Shown here: positions 60,700 through 63,388 of the stretch, one piece after another
Layout of the letters: each line of letters begins with the position of its first letter
How positions within the stretch are numbered: the stretch's first letter is position 1
Source of the DNA: Streblomastix strix
Taxonomy: Eukaryota
NCBI GenBank assembly: GCA_008636045.1
Contig: SNRW01000002.1
Location: 1-63,388, forward strand
Reading direction: 5' to 3'
Length of the DNA stretch: 63,388 nucleotides
Notes under the pieces: model-generated
What the model was told of the DNA's origin: nothing
The model's input: the letters and a program-made list of their open reading frames with translations, nothing else
Database searches by the model: none
Translations under genes and position numbers: made by a program

Positions 60700-63240
60700 T
60701 ATATATGTCTTAAACTTTCACTTATTCAGTTTCAAAAACATCATTATCTAACATATTTTCATAAACCGATATCACTTCTTCTCTTAACATATATAATTTT
60801 TAATATCATATCTGATGTTTTCCACTACTCAACCTAATCAATTCGTATATCTTCTTCTATCAATGATATATTTCTTGGATTAAATTATATTATATCTCTA
60901 GTCAAAAAGAATGTGAATAAAATATTGTAAAAATCATTGTAGAAGCCTTTGCACAAGTTAATGAAATAGGTTAAATATCAATGATGAACTGAATTACATT
61001 TGCATACAGCATAACGCCTATTGCTATTACCAATTTACAATGAAAAGATATTACTTGTAACAATTATTATGTTCACTACATTTTCAACTTCATGCTTGGA
61101 TACTGATTTCTAATTAATCACAAATGAACTTTAAGTATTTATTGATTTTGATGCATCCATATTTGACATTCTTGATTCATGAAAGTTTTTCATTTCATTT
61201 GCTATTGTTAGAATCTTATTCACTATAGCAATATTGAATTAACATACAATATCATCAATATTAGGAATATTTTTAGATAAATTTCCAGCTAATAATTCAC
61301 ATAAAACATTAGTAAAAACATTCTTACCGATGCATTATAATCTTTGAAGTATAGTTACTGTTTCAATCTTCTTTACAAAATTTTGTGTGACGAAAGCAAA
61401 CCAATTTATTAAATATTTATAAATCAGTTCATTATTTACCGAGATTGTATCTTTCATTAATGCAAGGAAATATTCTATTTTTATCTTATCCATTTCATCT
61501 AGTTGAACATATTTGAATCATTTGAATACATTTAATATTGCCTCATTGTTACTTGTGAGTTTTATACCTAATTTCTTGAATAATTGTTGAAATTTTTTTT
61601 ACGTATCAATAGCAATTATATGTTTCTTTCTATCTTAACACAGCCTAATTGAACGTAACTAATCATATAAAGCAGTCTTAGATTTATATTTTATAGTATT
61701 TTTTTTAGCGATGCAATCATATTCTTTAATAATGAAGCACCATCCATTTTAGCAAGGTACAACTTTAATTACTTTCAATAAATCTTAAGCAATTTACCCC
61801 CAATTTAATCAAATTTTTTTCATTCGATGCTTTGTTAGATACATCTATTAATGTGAATGGATCTTTCAAGTCAATCTCATGCTTATCAATTTATTACACT
61901 GTATCAGATATTTTTTATTATTTTTTCACTTCATAATTCTGTTTCAGTAATGGTTTAATTGTCCGTTCATAGTAATCTTTATTATGGTTTCTTAAGATTT
62001 TTGAAAGTATCCATGGATTAGGCTTACGTTCTCCATTAAATGCTGCTTATCCATAGTTCTTTTCTGCGTTTGCAGATAACTTATTAAATTTACGTATATT
62101 ATTTATCCCTTCAATTCTAATCTATTCATTAGAGATTCCATAAATTCCAGAGAATACACTTAGAAGTGATACTTCCATATTGATTGGTTAAGGATAGTTA
62201 TGAATTTCAAGATTCTTCAATCCATCAACACATGCTTATGCAATTTCATCATTCTTCTTATCGATTGTTCCTTTTTCTGTCATTTGCCAACCAAAATCTC
62301 TCATATTTACCTTGTCTATATATTCTTTGAACAGTATTTCAATATCGACATTCCAGCTATATAGGATCTCTCTTTCACTCGCTAAATGTGTCATATTTGC
62401 CCAATCATTAACAGCTTCATATTTAAGTGTCTCTCTTTTATTATTTTTTGTTTCTCGGAATGATGAGCTTGAACCAACAACTCTATTTTATACAAGTTCT
62501 TTTTATTCCATTTATCCATGTTCCTTATACTTAAACATCTATCCAAATATATCAATCTCAATATTTTCTAATACGACACATTTCACACATCGATTCGAAG
62601 GTAATGCATATGCATCTCTATTATAATAAGCATTCAATCCTCCATATACAGTCTTTACCGAGCTTACATTAGCAGGAAGCATATTATCAATAATATTTTA
62701 CCTTATTTTATCTGTCTCTTCAATTGATAGTTTCTTATTAATATCGAAATCAATAACGCATAAATCACCGTCTTCAACTAGAGTTAAATCAATTAATTTA
62801 CATGTTACTTATTTTTTTTCACTTTCTTTTTGGCCTATTTTAGTATAATTTACTGTGTTAATCATTGCATTCTTAACTCGATCCTTGATAGTTTTACTCA
62901 CTATTTTTTCTTTCATTTATCCAGCAATTAGTATAAGTTTTTCTAAAAACTAATCTATTTCTATCGATTATTCTTATTTTTTCTATTCGTTTAACTTTTC
63001 TTAAGCAATGTCTTCCATTATATGTCTCGTTAATTCTTATTCTTCAGCTTCTTTCTTTTGTGCATCAATTTCATCTTATTCACGTTTGATTCTCGCTAAT
63101 TCTTATTCCTCTATTAATTTATCCATTAATTCTTTGGCTTTATCTTCAGATTTTGATTTAAGAGTTGATTTACGATTATATTATCTTTTTGGACCTTTAT
63201 CTATCGTAAAATGTTTAATGTTTATGGATTGATTTGAGAT
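60700..63240 (-). pseudogene. Archaeo-eukaryotic primase/prim-pol fused to a D5-like SF3 helicase, frameshifted
   Basis: Primase motifs GDLCVIDFDI and VKTVYGGLNAY. Helicase region YLINWFAFVTQN...ILQRLQCIGKNVF (eroded Walker A)...TIANEM...IIVTSN...NRRYAV. Confidence 0.75.
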
Positions 63241-63388
63241 TGTTTCGACGATTGTGGATTCTTCTGATGTCTTTTTGCTTATGAATAAAAAGTTCAAATA
63301 GTTTCTTAAAATAAATTTTATTTAAATTATTGCATAATGTCAGATATTGCGGAAATCCGAGGTGTCAGTTTGTGATCCAATGTGCTAA

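Larger units (their letters stand above)
50740..63388. mobile_element. Decayed Polinton/Maverick-like endogenous element(s) with nested DNA transposons
   Basis: Clustered remnants of protein-primed PolB, rve integrase and primase-D5 helicase with frameshifts. Termini not identified; the region runs off the window. Confidence 0.7.

Overview
This is a very AT-rich eukaryotic (protist) window with short GT-AG introns. TAA and TAG encode Gln: they fall on conserved Gln residues in RalGAP, LeuRS and RCC1 motifs. The supplied standard-code ORF track is therefore mostly artefactual. The code and gene families resemble the oxymonad Streblomastix strix (inference). Positions 1-50.3 kb hold host genes: a RalGAP-family GAP, a NEK-type kinase with a helical tail, a giant catalytically degenerate leucyl-tRNA synthetase paralogue, an F-box-like/RCC1-like protein, an ELAV-like 2xRRM protein with a 94-codon polyQ tract, and three low-complexity hypothetical proteins. 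A dispersed repeat occurs three times just upstream of genes. Positions 50.7-63.4 kb are a decayed Polinton/Maverick-like region (pPolB with HNH, rve integrase, primase plus D5 helicase) invaded by two pogo-type transposons, one fused to an OTU protease, and a MITE. The most striking signal is at least six in-frame TGA codons inside otherwise unbroken host reading frames. All sit in Arg-compatible contexts and one aligns with an Arg of animal RalGAP-beta. UGA may therefore be a context-dependent Arg/stop codon, which would make all three stop codons sense codons; artefact or nonsense mutation is not excluded. All translations and homologue comparisons were done by hand from memory of the families, and exon boundaries and some starts are approximate.
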